Below are positions 48,108 to 58,883 of a stretch of DNA of 64,000 bases, piece after piece. Within the stretch, counting starts at the first letter, position 1, and every line of letters starts with the position of its first letter. Origin of the DNA: Candidatus Latescibacterota bacterium (GTDB lineage Bacteria; Krumholzibacteriota; Krumholzibacteriia; WVZY01); contig CAWBQK010000006.1 of the NCBI GenBank assembly GCA_963791045.1, positions 347,656 through 411,655 of the forward strand. The letters are read 5' to 3'. Under the pieces are notes generated by a model. It did not search any database. It was not told the origin of the DNA and saw only the letters and a list, made by a program, of their open reading frames with translations. The translations under genes were made by a program, and so were the position numbers.

Positions 48108-49200
48108 TTGGCGGAAAACAAAACCGTAGTTAAAAAAATAAAAACCGAAGCAAAGAGGATCAAGGGAACGATCGTCGACGGCAGAAAGCCGTCGATGAAG
48201 TTTCCCCTGCGCGCGCTGTCAAACGTCCGATACCACGCGAAGAACGGGTATTTCGAAATGCGCGGGCGGAAGAAAGAGCGCACACTCACGGTTAACACCG
48301 TCAAGACCTTTGCCCAGACGCTGCGTATGATGTCGCTTTCAAAAGAACTTCTTGAAACCGACGACATCGCGACAAAGAGGGAAGCGTATTACGTGTCCAA
48401 GAACTGGGAGGCGGCACGTTTCAACGAACAGCCGGAGTCGGATGCGGTGATCGAGGACGTCGAGGCTTTTTTCGGTCTCAACCGTGAACAGCTCGGTTTC
48501 ATCCCGGAGGAAAAGGGTGGTGACGTGGCCGGGCAACTCGTCGTGATCGACGAGGACAGGGATACTCGTAAAAAGCTCAAGATCGACTGCACGAAATTTG
48601 GAAGTGGCGCTTACTCGATTCCGATCGCCGTCGAACAGCTCGAATTCGATACGAAGGCAAAATTTATTCTCGTGATCGAGACTGCGGGAATGTTTCAGCG
48701 TCTCGTCAAACACAACTACTGGAGAACAGCGAACTGTATTCTTGTTTCGATGGGAGGTGTTCCGACGCGGGCGTGCCGGCGTTTTATCCGGCGCATAGCG
48801 GACGCCAAGAACATCCCCGTCTATGTCTTTGTGGATGGCGACCCTTACGGAATAAGCAATATTTACAGGACGCTGAAGGTCGGGAGCGGAAACGCCGCCC
48901 ATCTGAACGAGTTTTTCTGCGTCCCCCAGGCCCGTTTTCTCGGGATCACGCCACAGGATATCATTGACCTACAAGCTTCCCACGCACCCACTGAAGGAAG
49001 TTGACGTAAAAAGAGCCAAGGATGCATTGAAGAACGATCCGTTCATTCTTCATCACAAACCGTGGCAGAGGGCGTTGCAGCAGATGGTCAAGATGGGTGT
49101 GAGGGCGGAACAGCAGGCGCTGGCAAAGCATGGGCTCAACTACGTGATCGAGACCTATTTGCCCGAGAAACTCAGTAAGCCGGAGCAATTTCTCCCATAG
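48108..49200 (+). CDS. top6A: DNA topoisomerase VI subunit A (Spo11-like); one frameshift near 48968
   Basis: GAGG RBS + TTG 48108; TKREAYY catalytic Tyr motif, NEQPESD, VIETAGMF and DGDPYG TOPRIM, KVGS, AEQQAL, YLPEKL. Confidence 0.95.
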
Positions 49201-49212
49201 GGACGCGGTTCG

Positions 49213-49761
49213 TTATTCGTCTTCCCAGTACCCCTCGAGTTCGACGCCGAGCCCGCTGGCGAGCCGGTTGATGAAACTGTAGTATGCGGCCACCTGCGCG
49301 ATATCGAGGATGTCCACGTCCTTGAAGTCGGCCGCCCGCAGCGCGTCGATATCCGACTTCTCGATGTTGTTCGGTTCGATGGTCAACTTTTTTGCGTAGG
49401 CCATCATCGCGATGTCTTTCTCGGGGACATCCGCATTGTGGAAATCTCCCTCGACGGCGCCTATCAAAAACGGATTCTTCGTCAACTGGTAAAGACTCTT
49501 TTTGTGATGGCGAAGACAGTACTCACACTTGTTGGCCGCCGAAACGACGATTGCGATCATCTCGCGCTGCATTCGGCTCAGGTTTGATTTCCCGGTCATC
49601 AAGTGCTTGTAGAAATCGTAGTGAAACTTGAGGGCGTGAGGATTGAGACTTTGGACTTTGAGGACGTTGTCGACACCCTCGAATGGGTCGCCGTACTTCT
49701 TGTAATAGGTCTTCAGGTAATCCGTCGCCTCGTCTTCATCGATTGATTTGATCCATGCCAT
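49213..49761 (-). CDS. AhpD/CMD-like peroxidase-related enzyme
   Basis: GGAGG RBS; MAWIK, LSRMQREMIAIVVSAANKCEYCLRHH, FINRLASGLGV. Confidence 0.9.
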   Translation of the reverse strand: MAWIKSIDEDEATDYLKTYYKKYGDPFEGVDNVLKVQSLNPHALKFHYDFYKHLMTGKSNLSRMQREMIAIVVSAANKCEYCLRHHKKSLYQLTKNPFLIGAVEGDFHNADVPEKDIAMMAYAKKLTIEPNNIEKSDIDALRAADFKDVDILDIAQVAAYYSFINRLASGLGVELEGYWEDE

Positions 49762-49863
49762 TCGATTTCGCCTCCGGTCGAACGTCAATTTTGTCTCAAC
49801 GGCGATGTTCATTATGACAAACCCATCCGTGAGTTGAAAGAGATGTTTGAGGGATTCGGATAC

Positions 49864-49885
49864 AAAAAAAAGCCACCGAGGCGGC
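49864..49885 (-). terminator. Rho-independent terminator after the pilin gene
   Basis: Minus strand GCCGC-CTCG-GTGGC followed by T8. Confidence 0.7.
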
Positions 49886-49934
49886 AATTTGATTTCAAAA
49901 GATATATGAACGTGAATCGGAGTGGTGGTACGGG

Positions 49935-50393
49935 CTATTCACCGACGATCATGTGCGGTAGCAGGATCACACTTTGGCCGTGCCCCTTCATGGTGTATCC
50001 GCCACCAGGCAGTTTGGTAATGCTAATCTCGCCGGGACTCGCCGGGTCCGCGTTCCAGGGTACCGCGGTAACGGCGCGTGTGAACGGATTGTCGGGATAC
50101 ACACCCTTCGGGAGAAGGGCGCGAACTTCGGCGTCGTCGGCCGGCTGCGGATAGACGCCGCCGTGGTCAACCGAGAACAATTCGACGCCGGACTGGATGA
50201 CGTGCATGTTGTTTCGGACCGCGGTTTCCTTCGAACGGCGAACGAGACGCATGAAGTTCGGGATCGAGATTGCGGCCAGGATTCCGATGATCAACACGAC
50301 GATCATGAGTTCGATCAACGTAAATCCTCGTGAAACACGCCGTCGAGGCGCGTGCAGTCGCGTTTCCATTTCGATGTTATTGTTTTTGCGCAT
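49935..50393 (-). CDS. Type IV pilin / pseudopilin (start may be 50369)
   Basis: RG-FTLIELMIVVLIIGILAAISIPNF prepilin cleavage/methylation motif; GVYP, NPFT. Confidence 0.92.
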   Translation of the reverse strand: MRKNNNIEMETRLHAPRRRVSRGFTLIELMIVVLIIGILAAISIPNFMRLVRRSKETAVRNNMHVIQSGVELFSVDHGGVYPQPADDAEVRALLPKGVYPDNPFTRAVTAVPWNADPASPGEISITKLPGGGYTMKGHGQSVILLPHMIVGE

Positions 50394-50659
50394 AATTTTG
50401 AATTGTCTCGTGTCTGTCTAACGGGCCGCCTGCTTTTCGTCCGGCGGACCAAATCCTCAGTGTCCGCGGGAGAGTATGAAATAAACATGCCATCTTGGAT
50501 GTTTTTATCCGATCTTGTAATCGCCTTTTGTATAATATGTTATGGTGATCAAGCCGGTAATCCAAAGATATCTCTGGTTCGCGGATATATCTGATCCGGC
50601 GCGAAATGCAAATTTGAATACCGTTCCCGAGCAAAAACGACCGGTCCCTGGGGGGTGTC

Positions 50660-50688
50660 TTGACGTTCACGAAACCCTTCATTATAGT
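50660..50688 (+). promoter_or_regulatory. sigma70-type promoter of the Lon-like protease gene
   Basis: TTGACG-17 nt-TATAGT, 34 nt upstream of the ATG, with GGAGG RBS. Confidence 0.6.
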
Positions 50689-50722
50689 GGATGGTAATTC
50701 AATTCACACCAGGGGAGGATTC

Positions 50723-53146
50723 ATGACCAGAATATCTCGATTCAGAATAAAACCCAACGAATTACGGTGGACGTGCAACCCGAACTCACTGGGCTTCAGG
50801 ACAACTGATGAAATCCCATGCTGCCAGGATATTATCGGGCAGGAACGGGCGCTGGACGCCATCCGGCTCGGGCTGGAAATCGAAAGCCCCGGGTACAACA
50901 TTTTCGTTTCCGGCCTGACGGGAACGGGCAAAACAACAACGCTCAAATCTCTTCTGCAGAGTATGCAGCATGGGAAGAATAAACTTCAGGACATCTGCTA
51001 CGTACATAATTTCCGTGCGTCGGACATGCCGGTTTGCGTCAAGCTCCCGGCGGGCGAGGGTGGGAAATTCAAGAGATATGTTGCCGACATGCTCCGAACT
51101 CTCAAAAAGCACATTCCCCGGGTCATCGAGGGGGAGGCCTATGGAAAACGCCAGAAGCAAATCCTCGAGGAACTCCAGGGAAAGCGATCGGCGCTCGCCA
51201 AGGAACTCGAAAAGAAAATAGCTGATAGAAATTTCCGTTTGCTCGAGGTTCAATATGGCCCGTATACGAGACCGGTCGTATTGCCCGTTATCGGCGATGA
51301 GCCGGTGGAAATGGACAAGCTCGCCGCGCTGCTCGAGGAGAAGGCGATCACTGAGGCGGACGTCGAGCGCATTAAAAAGGACCATGATTTTCTCGGCGGT
51401 GAAATGGAAGCGTTCATGAAGATCGCGCGAGATCTCGACCGTCAGTTGGCGGACAAGATTTCGTGGCTGGAAAAAGAAAATGTCAGTCCGATCATCAACA
51501 CGTGCGTTGAAGAACTCAAGGAGCGGTTCGAGATGGGCAAGGTCCATCACTATCTCGATGAGCTTCGTGAGTACTGTATCGACAACATCGATGTATTCAA
51601 GGAAACGGTGGGAGAACAGAAGGAGCGTGATGAGCCGGCCGAGAGTTTTGTCGAGTTCGAGGTCAATCTCCTCGTCGATAACTCGCGGGCGAAGGAAGCT
51701 CCCGTGATTATTGAGACCTCTCCTGCTTACGGAAATCTGTTTGGCTCGATCGATCGTGTCCATGAAGGCCGTGGTGAGTACCGTTCAGACCAAACGATGA
51801 TCAGGGCGGGATCGCTGGTACGCGCTAACGGGGGCTATCTGGTGTTGAGTCTCACCGATGTCATCGAGGAACCGGCGGTGTGGCCGGCGCTCAAACGGGC
51901 CCTCAAAAACCAGAAGGTGGCGATCCAGAGCTTTGATTCGGTGCTGTTCCTCTCCTCTTCAGGAATCAAGCCCGAGCCGATCGAGATTGACGTAAAGGTC
52001 GCACTGGTCGGAGACGCGTATTCCTACAATATCCTCTACAACTATGACGAGGATTTCAAAAAGATATTCAAGGTGAAAGCAGAATTTGACACTGAGATGC
52101 CGAATGAAGGCGAGAACCTCGGGAAGTACTCGTTGTTTGTCAAAAGTATCATCGACAAAGAGGAAATGCGTGCGTTTCACAAGACGGCCGTTGCCGCGAT
52201 TGCCGAGGAAGGCTCGAGAATCGCGGGACGCCAGGATAAACTCACGACGAAGTTCAGCGATGTTGCCGATATCGTCAGGGAGGCGAACTATTGGGCGGGG
52301 AAGGATAACGCACGCATCGTAAAAGCCAAACATGTGGCGAAGGCGATTGACGAGAGGGTCAAACGCGTCAACCTCGTCGAGGAAAAAATCAGCGAGATGC
52401 TCAACGATGGGACGATCCTTATCGATATCGACGGCGCAAAGATCGGACAGGTGAACGGGCTCTCCGTGTATGACGTGGGCGATTACTCGTTCGGCAAACC
52501 GAGCCGGATCACGGTTGAGACGGCGATGGGCCGGGCCGGTCTGATAAATATCGAACGCGAGGCGGACCTGAGCGGCAAGACACACAACAAGGGTGTGTTG
52601 ATTATCGAAGGGTTCTTCCGCAGGAAATTCGCGCAAGAGAGACCGCTCACGATGAGTTCGAGCATATGTTTTGAACAGTCCTACTCGGGTATCGATGGAG
52701 ACAGCGCTTCGTCGACCGAGATCTACGGGCTCCTCTCTAGTCTTGGGGAAATTCCCCTCCGTCAGGACATCGCCGTCACCGGCTCGGTCAACCAGAAGGG
52801 GGAGATCCAGCCCATCGGCGGCGTGAACGACAAGATCGAAGGTTTCTTCGACATTTGCAAGCACAAGGGCCTGACCGGGTCCCAGGGCGTGATGATCCCG
52901 AAGCTCAACGAGAACGACCTCATGCTGAAAAACGAGGTCATCCAGGCGGTTAAAAGCCGCAAGTTCCACATCTATTCGATTGAAACGATCGATGAGGGAA
53001 TCGAAGTGCTTGCCGGTATGAAATCGGGGAAGAGACTCGAAAACGGCGAGTTCGAAAAGAAATCGGTCAACTACCTTGTCGACAAGAAGCTCACGAAGTT
53101 TGCCGAGCACATCCGCGAATTCGAAGCAGGTGATGAAAAGGAATAA
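50723..53146 (+). CDS. Lon-like (LonC/AAA_32) S16 protease
   Basis: IIGQERA, GLTGTGKT, RANGGYL, GQVNGLSV, FEQSYSGIDGDSAS (Ser), PIGGVNDKIEGF (Lys). Confidence 0.93.
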   Translation: MTRISRFRIKPNELRWTCNPNSLGFRTTDEIPCCQDIIGQERALDAIRLGLEIESPGYNIFVSGLTGTGKTTTLKSLLQSMQHGKNKLQDICYVHNFRASDMPVCVKLPAGEGGKFKRYVADMLRTLKKHIPRVIEGEAYGKRQKQILEELQGKRSALAKELEKKIADRNFRLLEVQYGPYTRPVVLPVIGDEPVEMDKLAALLEEKAITEADVERIKKDHDFLGGEMEAFMKIARDLDRQLADKISWLEKENVSPIINTCVEELKERFEMGKVHHYLDELREYCIDNIDVFKETVGEQKERDEPAESFVEFEVNLLVDNSRAKEAPVIIETSPAYGNLFGSIDRVHEGRGEYRSDQTMIRAGSLVRANGGYLVLSLTDVIEEPAVWPALKRALKNQKVAIQSFDSVLFLSSSGIKPEPIEIDVKVALVGDAYSYNILYNYDEDFKKIFKVKAEFDTEMPNEGENLGKYSLFVKSIIDKEEMRAFHKTAVAAIAEEGSRIAGRQDKLTTKFSDVADIVREANYWAGKDNARIVKAKHVAKAIDERVKRVNLVEEKISEMLNDGTILIDIDGAKIGQVNGLSVYDVGDYSFGKPSRITVETAMGRAGLINIEREADLSGKTHNKGVLIIEGFFRRKFAQERPLTMSSSICFEQSYSGIDGDSASSTEIYGLLSSLGEIPLRQDIAVTGSVNQKGEIQPIGGVNDKIEGFFDICKHKGLTGSQGVMIPKLNENDLMLKNEVIQAVKSRKFHIYSIETIDEGIEVLAGMKSGKRLENGEFEKKSVNYLVDKKLTKFAEHIREFEAGDEKE

Positions 53147-54141
53147 AGACGCCGCATCAGGTGACGGAATCGAGTACTCGCCGGAAGAGCTCATCAAAAA
53201 CACGGCCCGCGAGCTGGGGTTCTCGCTTGCGGGAATCACCGGTGTATCGCCCAGCCCGCAATCAGACCTTGTTTTCGACAGATGGATCCGGGAGGGAAAG
53301 CACGGGGAGATGCGTTATCTGTCCGGGGGGGCGGACAAGCGTCATGATCCGGGACTGCTGCTCGACGGCGCAAAAAGTATCATCTGCGTCGCCGTGAACC
53401 ATTATTCCGAGACAAAAGAGAAACGGAACAGCGCGGCCGCGCGCGAAGGGCGTGGCCGCGTGGCCGTTTATGCACAGGGCCGCGACTATCACGAGGTCAT
53501 GACGGATATGTTGTGGGAACTCGAAGTCCGAATGATGGATTTCTTTCCGGATCTGAAAGCGAAAGCGGTCGTTGATACGCAGCCGATATCCGAGCGCGAT
53601 CTCGCCATCAAGTCGGGAATCGCCTGGCTGGGCAAGAACACCTGTGTGATTTCTCCCGAATATGGTTCGTGGATCTTTCTCGGTGCGCTACTTACAAACC
53701 TGACGCTTGAGCCCGATCAGCCCCTCAAAAGTCTTTGTGGGAAGTGTACGAATTGTATTGCTGCGTGCCCCACGGACGCGTTGTCCGAGTTTTCCCTCGA
53801 TTCCAACAAATGTATCTCATACCTCACGATCGAAAAGAGGGGAGGAAATCCCGGCGGAGCTCCACCGTTCTATCGGCCATCACCTTTTTGGATGCGATGA
53901 ATGCCAGCGGGTGTGTCCATTCAACAAGGCTGCGAAGGAGTCCCTGGTGTTTGACGCACGGGACTTCAATCCGATTGTGGATATGACGATTGAAGACCTC
54001 GTCGATATTTCCGACGAGGCCTTCAAAGAGTCTGCGCGTCTTACCGCGATCCGGCGGTGTAAGGCGGAGGGACTAAGACGAAACGCTCGAATCGTGCTCG
54101 GAAACCGAATGGCAGAACCGGATGAACCCCTGGAGCCTTAG
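53133..54141 (+). CDS. queG: Epoxyqueuosine reductase; frameshift near 53843
   Basis: YAQGRDYH, WLGKN, GSWIFLG, CGKCTNCIAACPT, CISYLTIE, then in the other frame FGCDECQRVCPFN. Confidence 0.94.
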
Positions 54142-54203
54142 GGTGTCGTTCCCGCCGTCTTATCGACCGGATAAAAATCCCACGACACGATCGCCGCGCC
54201 GGC

Positions 54204-55319
54204 TTAAGATTTGACGGCGACTTTCAAATCACTCAAGTCATTCAGGATGCGGAAATGCATCTTGATGTTGAGAATCTCAAAGATATCGTTGATGAGCTTG
54301 GGAATGTTCATCAACGCGAGATCCCCTCCGTCTTCCCGAAGCGTGGCCACGGTGCCGAGCAAAAGGCCAACGCCCGAACTACTTATGAAGTCCGTCTCGG
54401 AAAGATCTATGACGAGGGTCTTGTGGCCCGAACCGCGCACCTGGCTGATGGCCGCGTCGAATTTCGGAACCGTCGTGGAGTTGATGCTCCCCGTGGGTTT
54501 GACTATCACCGTCTCGTCAGAGTTGGTGGGGACTATATCGATTGAAAGCGTGTTCATTTCTGCCCTCCTGGTCAGATCGTAGCCATGTCCATCTTTTCTT
54601 TCGATCTTGAAACGTGTGGAATTCTCGTTACGGACCCGCTTGTAATCCAATTCCGTTGCTATTTCCTGGAGAAGAAAGAGGCCGAGACCTCTTTTGCTGC
54701 GCTGTCTGATTTTGTCGCCGACATTGATGCTTTTCTTAACCGCTGTTGAAAACGGCGCGGCGTTGTCGGTGTAGGTTACATCAATATCGGTGTCGCCGAA
54801 CGAGAGCGACACGGACACAACTGGTCTTTTCCCTTGAAATTCGCCGTGTTCGAGTGAATTTGCCGCCAATTCGTACAAACACAATCGAAGATAGGATAAC
54901 GACGCCTCGTCAAGCGGGACGGACGCTCCGAGAAGAAGCACCGCGGTTGTCAGTTGTTCGAGGGTGTTATTCGGTTCGGTGCAGCAAATCCGGTACTCGA
55001 TGTGTTTTCCGGAATCGTTCGGTGGCTTTACACATTCGAATTCACATGCCGCGCAGTAGGTGGTCGATCCGGGCGGCGTCACCGCGGTCTCCACTCGCGC
55101 TTCGTCGGTTTGAACGGTGCTCTGGATTTGCTGGAGCATGACGAACGCCATGACCGGCATGTGCGTTGGATAGAACAGATCTATGTTCGAGTACCCGAGA
55201 TTTGAACAGTAGTTCATGTACTTCTGGAGGTGGTCAAAATGGGCGGTAGTGACCGACCTGTCGATTTCCAGCGAAATCGAGCGATCCACAAAATCTATGG
55301 ATTGGACGATCAAGTACAT
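54204..55319 (-). CDS. Fused anti-sigma kinase (RsbW-like HATPase) and anti-anti-sigma STAS (RsbV-like) protein
   Basis: LCLYELAANSLEHG, YTDNAAPF, RGLGLFLL, then IDLSETDFISSSGVGLL; AGGA RBS before 55319. Confidence 0.88.
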   Translation of the reverse strand: MYLIVQSIDFVDRSISLEIDRSVTTAHFDHLQKYMNYCSNLGYSNIDLFYPTHMPVMAFVMLQQIQSTVQTDEARVETAVTPPGSTTYCAACEFECVKPPNDSGKHIEYRICCTEPNNTLEQLTTAVLLLGASVPLDEASLSYLRLCLYELAANSLEHGEFQGKRPVVSVSLSFGDTDIDVTYTDNAAPFSTAVKKSINVGDKIRQRSKRGLGLFLLQEIATELDYKRVRNENSTRFKIERKDGHGYDLTRRAEMNTLSIDIVPTNSDETVIVKPTGSINSTTVPKFDAAISQVRGSGHKTLVIDLSETDFISSSGVGLLLGTVATLREDGGDLALMNIPKLINDIFEILNIKMHFRILNDLSDLKVAVKS

Positions 55320-55322
55320 TTC

Positions 55323-56882
55323 CTATGTCCTCTGTCCCGGCTCGCGCGCGCCGACGGCCATGACATTCTCGGTCAGACTCAGCCCAAGCAGCGCGATGTC
55401 ATCGGCCTGGGACGCGCCGTGCCGGAATCGTCGCTCTGATTTCACAAGGTTGGGAATGAGCTGTTTTGCGCCCGAACCCGCGTACGCTTTGCAAACCGCC
55501 AGGATCCTTTCGAAGCCGAACTGACTGTCCTGTTCGTTCATCGATTCGTTGAGACCGTCGGTGTATTGAAGCACAAGCATTCCCGGTCGAAACTTCAGCC
55601 GATACTCCGCGATGTGATCGTCGAACATGTTGGGGGGAAGTATCCCCATCGGGGGACCTTCCATTTTGTGGAACTCGCAGCGCCCCGTCGACTTGTCAAA
55701 ACACGCAAGCGGGTTGTGGCCCGCATTGGAATAGACCATCTCGCCGGTCCGCGAGTTCAGGTTGGCGATGAAAAAGGTCACAAACATGTTTGGCTTGAGC
55801 GTCTTTTTGATCGACACGTTGAGTTCTTTGATTAGGCTGGCGGGTGAAAGCCCTCTGGCCGTGAGCGTGTGGACCATGATCTTGAGCATGCCCATGACAA
55901 CGAGTCCCGGGACGCCCTTGCCGGACACGTCGGCCATCACGAGCGATATGTTTTCATCATCGATGGGGATGACATCGAGGTAATCGCCGCCGACCTCGGT
56001 TGCGGATTCGTAGTGTATCGCTACTTCGAATCCTTCCGGTTCCGGCACAGTCGCCGGTATCAACGTGGCTTGAATTTCGCGTGCGATTTCAATCTCTTTT
56101 TCCATTCTCTCTTTGATGACGATTTCTTTTTGGGCTTTTGCTATTCGCTCCGCCATCTCATTGAACGATTCGGCAAGAACGCGGAATTCGTTCTTGGTCT
56201 TCAGATAAATTTTTGTCTCGAGATTGCCCTCTCCGAGTTTGTTGACGCCCTCCATCAGGTGTTTCATCGGTTGAGAAATTCGTCTGAAGAGAATGAGCGA
56301 CAAAATCGCTCCAACACCCAGCGCGAACAAGATTCCAATAATCGAAATCGTCAGCGCCCGGCGAATTGACGCATTCATCTCCTTCTTCGAATATGTCAGG
56401 TGGACATTTCCGACCACCCGGTCCAGGCTTTTTACCGGCGTGTCGATATGGTAGGAACTCACGCTCTCGTAGAGGGTTTCATCCGTTCCGACGAATGGAG
56501 ACTGCTTGATCGTGTATCCCTCATAGTCTACCGCGTAGCGTTTCGAGACATGCTGCAGTTGTTCGTGTCCATAAATGATTCCGTCGGCGTCGGTTATGAT
56601 GACCGATTCCACGCTTTGACTGTTTTCAAGGATCGTCTTGACCATGGGGAAAAGCTCAAACTCGGGGTCGGAGCGGAGGAGAGCTTTTTCGCTGCTCAGT
56701 GCAATGTTACGCCCCTGGAGAACCAGCCCTTTTTCAATCTCGTCGGTCAGAATTCGCTTCTCATGGATGATGAGAAAATAGGAGATCGAAAGCACGGTCA
56801 GCCCGAGCAGCGCGATGGCGCCCACGCAAAGCTGTGTCCGCAGCGAATGGAAAGGATTTATTTTGAATCTCTTACTTTGCAC
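55323..56882 (-). CDS. Membrane sensor PP2C/SpoIIE phosphatase with HAMP (RsbU-like)
   Basis: TM-periplasmic domain-TM-HAMP; EVGGDYLD, ADVSGKG, NAGH, YTDGLNE, DDIALL. Confidence 0.93.
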   Translation of the reverse strand: MQSKRFKINPFHSLRTQLCVGAIALLGLTVLSISYFLIIHEKRILTDEIEKGLVLQGRNIALSSEKALLRSDPEFELFPMVKTILENSQSVESVIITDADGIIYGHEQLQHVSKRYAVDYEGYTIKQSPFVGTDETLYESVSSYHIDTPVKSLDRVVGNVHLTYSKKEMNASIRRALTISIIGILFALGVGAILSLILFRRISQPMKHLMEGVNKLGEGNLETKIYLKTKNEFRVLAESFNEMAERIAKAQKEIVIKERMEKEIEIAREIQATLIPATVPEPEGFEVAIHYESATEVGGDYLDVIPIDDENISLVMADVSGKGVPGLVVMGMLKIMVHTLTARGLSPASLIKELNVSIKKTLKPNMFVTFFIANLNSRTGEMVYSNAGHNPLACFDKSTGRCEFHKMEGPPMGILPPNMFDDHIAEYRLKFRPGMLVLQYTDGLNESMNEQDSQFGFERILAVCKAYAGSGAKQLIPNLVKSERRFRHGASQADDIALLGLSLTENVMAVGAREPGQRT

Positions 56883-58883
56883 GGTACACGCCGCTCAGTT
56901 TTTGAAGTTCTTCGTGGGCCTTGCTCAAATATCGTTTCGCCTTGTTGTTCTCGGGATCTACGGCCAGCGCCTTCTGCCAGATATCGATCGCCTCGGTATA
57001 ATTGTGGTCTGAATAGAGCCGCATGCCGACGAAGAGATATGCTTTTGTCAAAAGCTGCGACACATTGTGGTAGTTTGGATCCATGGCCCATACCTTGGTA
57101 AACGAACTAATGGCGCCGTCAAAATCGCCTTCGTCAAAAGCGGTCATTCCGTTGCGGTATTGAACGTCGAGCAGTTTGGCGTCAACGTTCGGCGCGGTCA
57201 CGGTGGGTGAAGTCATTTCATCGACGGGTGTTGTCTGGAGCGCCGCGAGGGCCGCCTCGGCCCTGCGGTTCTTATATGTCGTGATGTCATTGAGAAGCCC
57301 AGGGTCATTGGGCTTGAACTGAAGGGCTGTCTCGATCGACGCGATGGCGGCGTCAAAATCTCCTCTGGCGGCGGCCGCCTCAGTCTGCGTCCCGAGGCGT
57401 TTGATCTGTTCGTCGATGCTTAGACGGCACTTGTCCCTGTACTCGGCGGCGAGCGCGTTGTTGGGGGCAATTCGCAGCGCCTCTTCAAACCCCATCAACG
57501 CCGCGGTAAAATTCCTGTCCGCGTAGTGGTCGATGCTCGTTTTGAGAAGCTGTGACATGAGCGAATGCGAATTCTGTGCGGCGACGATTTCTCCGTTGCA
57601 TCGTTTGACCGACGCGATGGCGGCGGGATCATCCGGCTTGACGGACAACGCCTGGTTGGCGTGGAATAACCCCTGAACGAAATCGCCCTGATTGACAGAA
57701 TCATCCGCCTTTGACATTGCGCTTTCATATCTGGACTGAGTTTTTGAATTCAATCGCGTGTTCGTTGTCGGGATTCCACAAGAGAGCCAATTCATACTGT
57801 TCGGCGGCTTTATCGAATTCGCCGACCGGCATACAATCGATCGCCCTGGCTGATCGCAGTGTAAATCTGCGACTGCTCCATCTCTGCCATTCGATTTGTC
57901 AGCTTGGTATTGACCTCGTCTTCGAGACGCCGGCGGGCTTCCATCTGCCGGTCGGCCCGGGACGCTCCGAATTTGATGGTGAGAGAGAATCGGTGGTTGT
58001 TGCCCAGATCCTCGTCGCGGTAAGCGTAATCGAGAGCAAACTGTTTGAAACGCGCACCAAAACCAAATGTCGCCGTGGCGTCGTCGAGCCCCGCGCGAAG
58101 CGCGAGGAATCCGTTGTACATCACTTCCTGTCCGATCCTGACATTGAACGGTGAGTAACGTGGATTGACAAGATCGAGAGACGTAACGAGAAGGAAGTCG
58201 CCACCCCCTGATATCGCGGAAACGCCAGCCGCCACGTTGAAGGGATCCGATACCTTGTCGTTGTCGAGCTTGACCGACGGCTCGATGAGATTCTGGATAG
58301 CAAATCCCTCGCGAAAGCCTTTTATGAACGAGTTACCGGAGAGAGTCTGGGTAGCCATCAGGCCGACGTCGAAGCCGAAGCCCGATCCGCTGTATTCACC
58401 GAACGACTGATTGTCCAGCTTGAGGTTCAAGCCGGCGGTCAGCGAAGAGGTGATATTTCTTGCATACCCGAGAAGAATACGTGTTTGCGCGTTGCTCAAG
58501 TCGGATGACAAGAGGCGATTGGTATAGTCCCGCTCTTCGATTCCACCGATATCCAGGCGTATAAGACTGATTCCGAGTGTGCCGTAGTTAAGAAGCGGAT
58601 GTACGTAACTTGCGGCATGATAGACCGATTTGGAATCGAATAGAGTGGTTCTGTAGAATAAAAATTGTTTCCACTGGAGCTGGCCGAGCCCGGCCGGGTT
58701 GTAGGCCTGCACCGACGCGTCATATGCATGGCTGACACCGGCAGCGCCCATGGCATTGGATCGCGCGCCGGTTCCGAGCACGAATGGGAGCTCGGTGCCG
58801 TACGACTGGGCTCGCGTGTCCGCTGCGCCGCCGACGACGGCGGAACCCAGGACGATTATTAATGCCAACAGACGCAGTTTCAT
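56872..58883 (-). CDS. PorV/PorQ-like outer-membrane barrel fused to TPR repeats; two frameshifts (~57825, ~57737)
   Basis: Signal peptide; GTGARSNAMG, YNPAGL, GFGFDVG, LALRAG, FALDYAY...NNHRFSL; then coiled coil and TPRs. The bridging frame reads GEFDKAAEQYELALLWNPDNEHA, itself a TPR. Confidence 0.85.

Noticed and set aside
46104-49200. Programmed ribosomal frameshifting in top6B/top6A
   Set aside because: Too many shifts, and no consistent slippery heptamer with a downstream structure.
49213-49761. Second selenoprotein (AhpD-like family can carry Sec)
   Set aside because: The motif is CEYC with ordinary Cys codons and there is no in-frame TGA.
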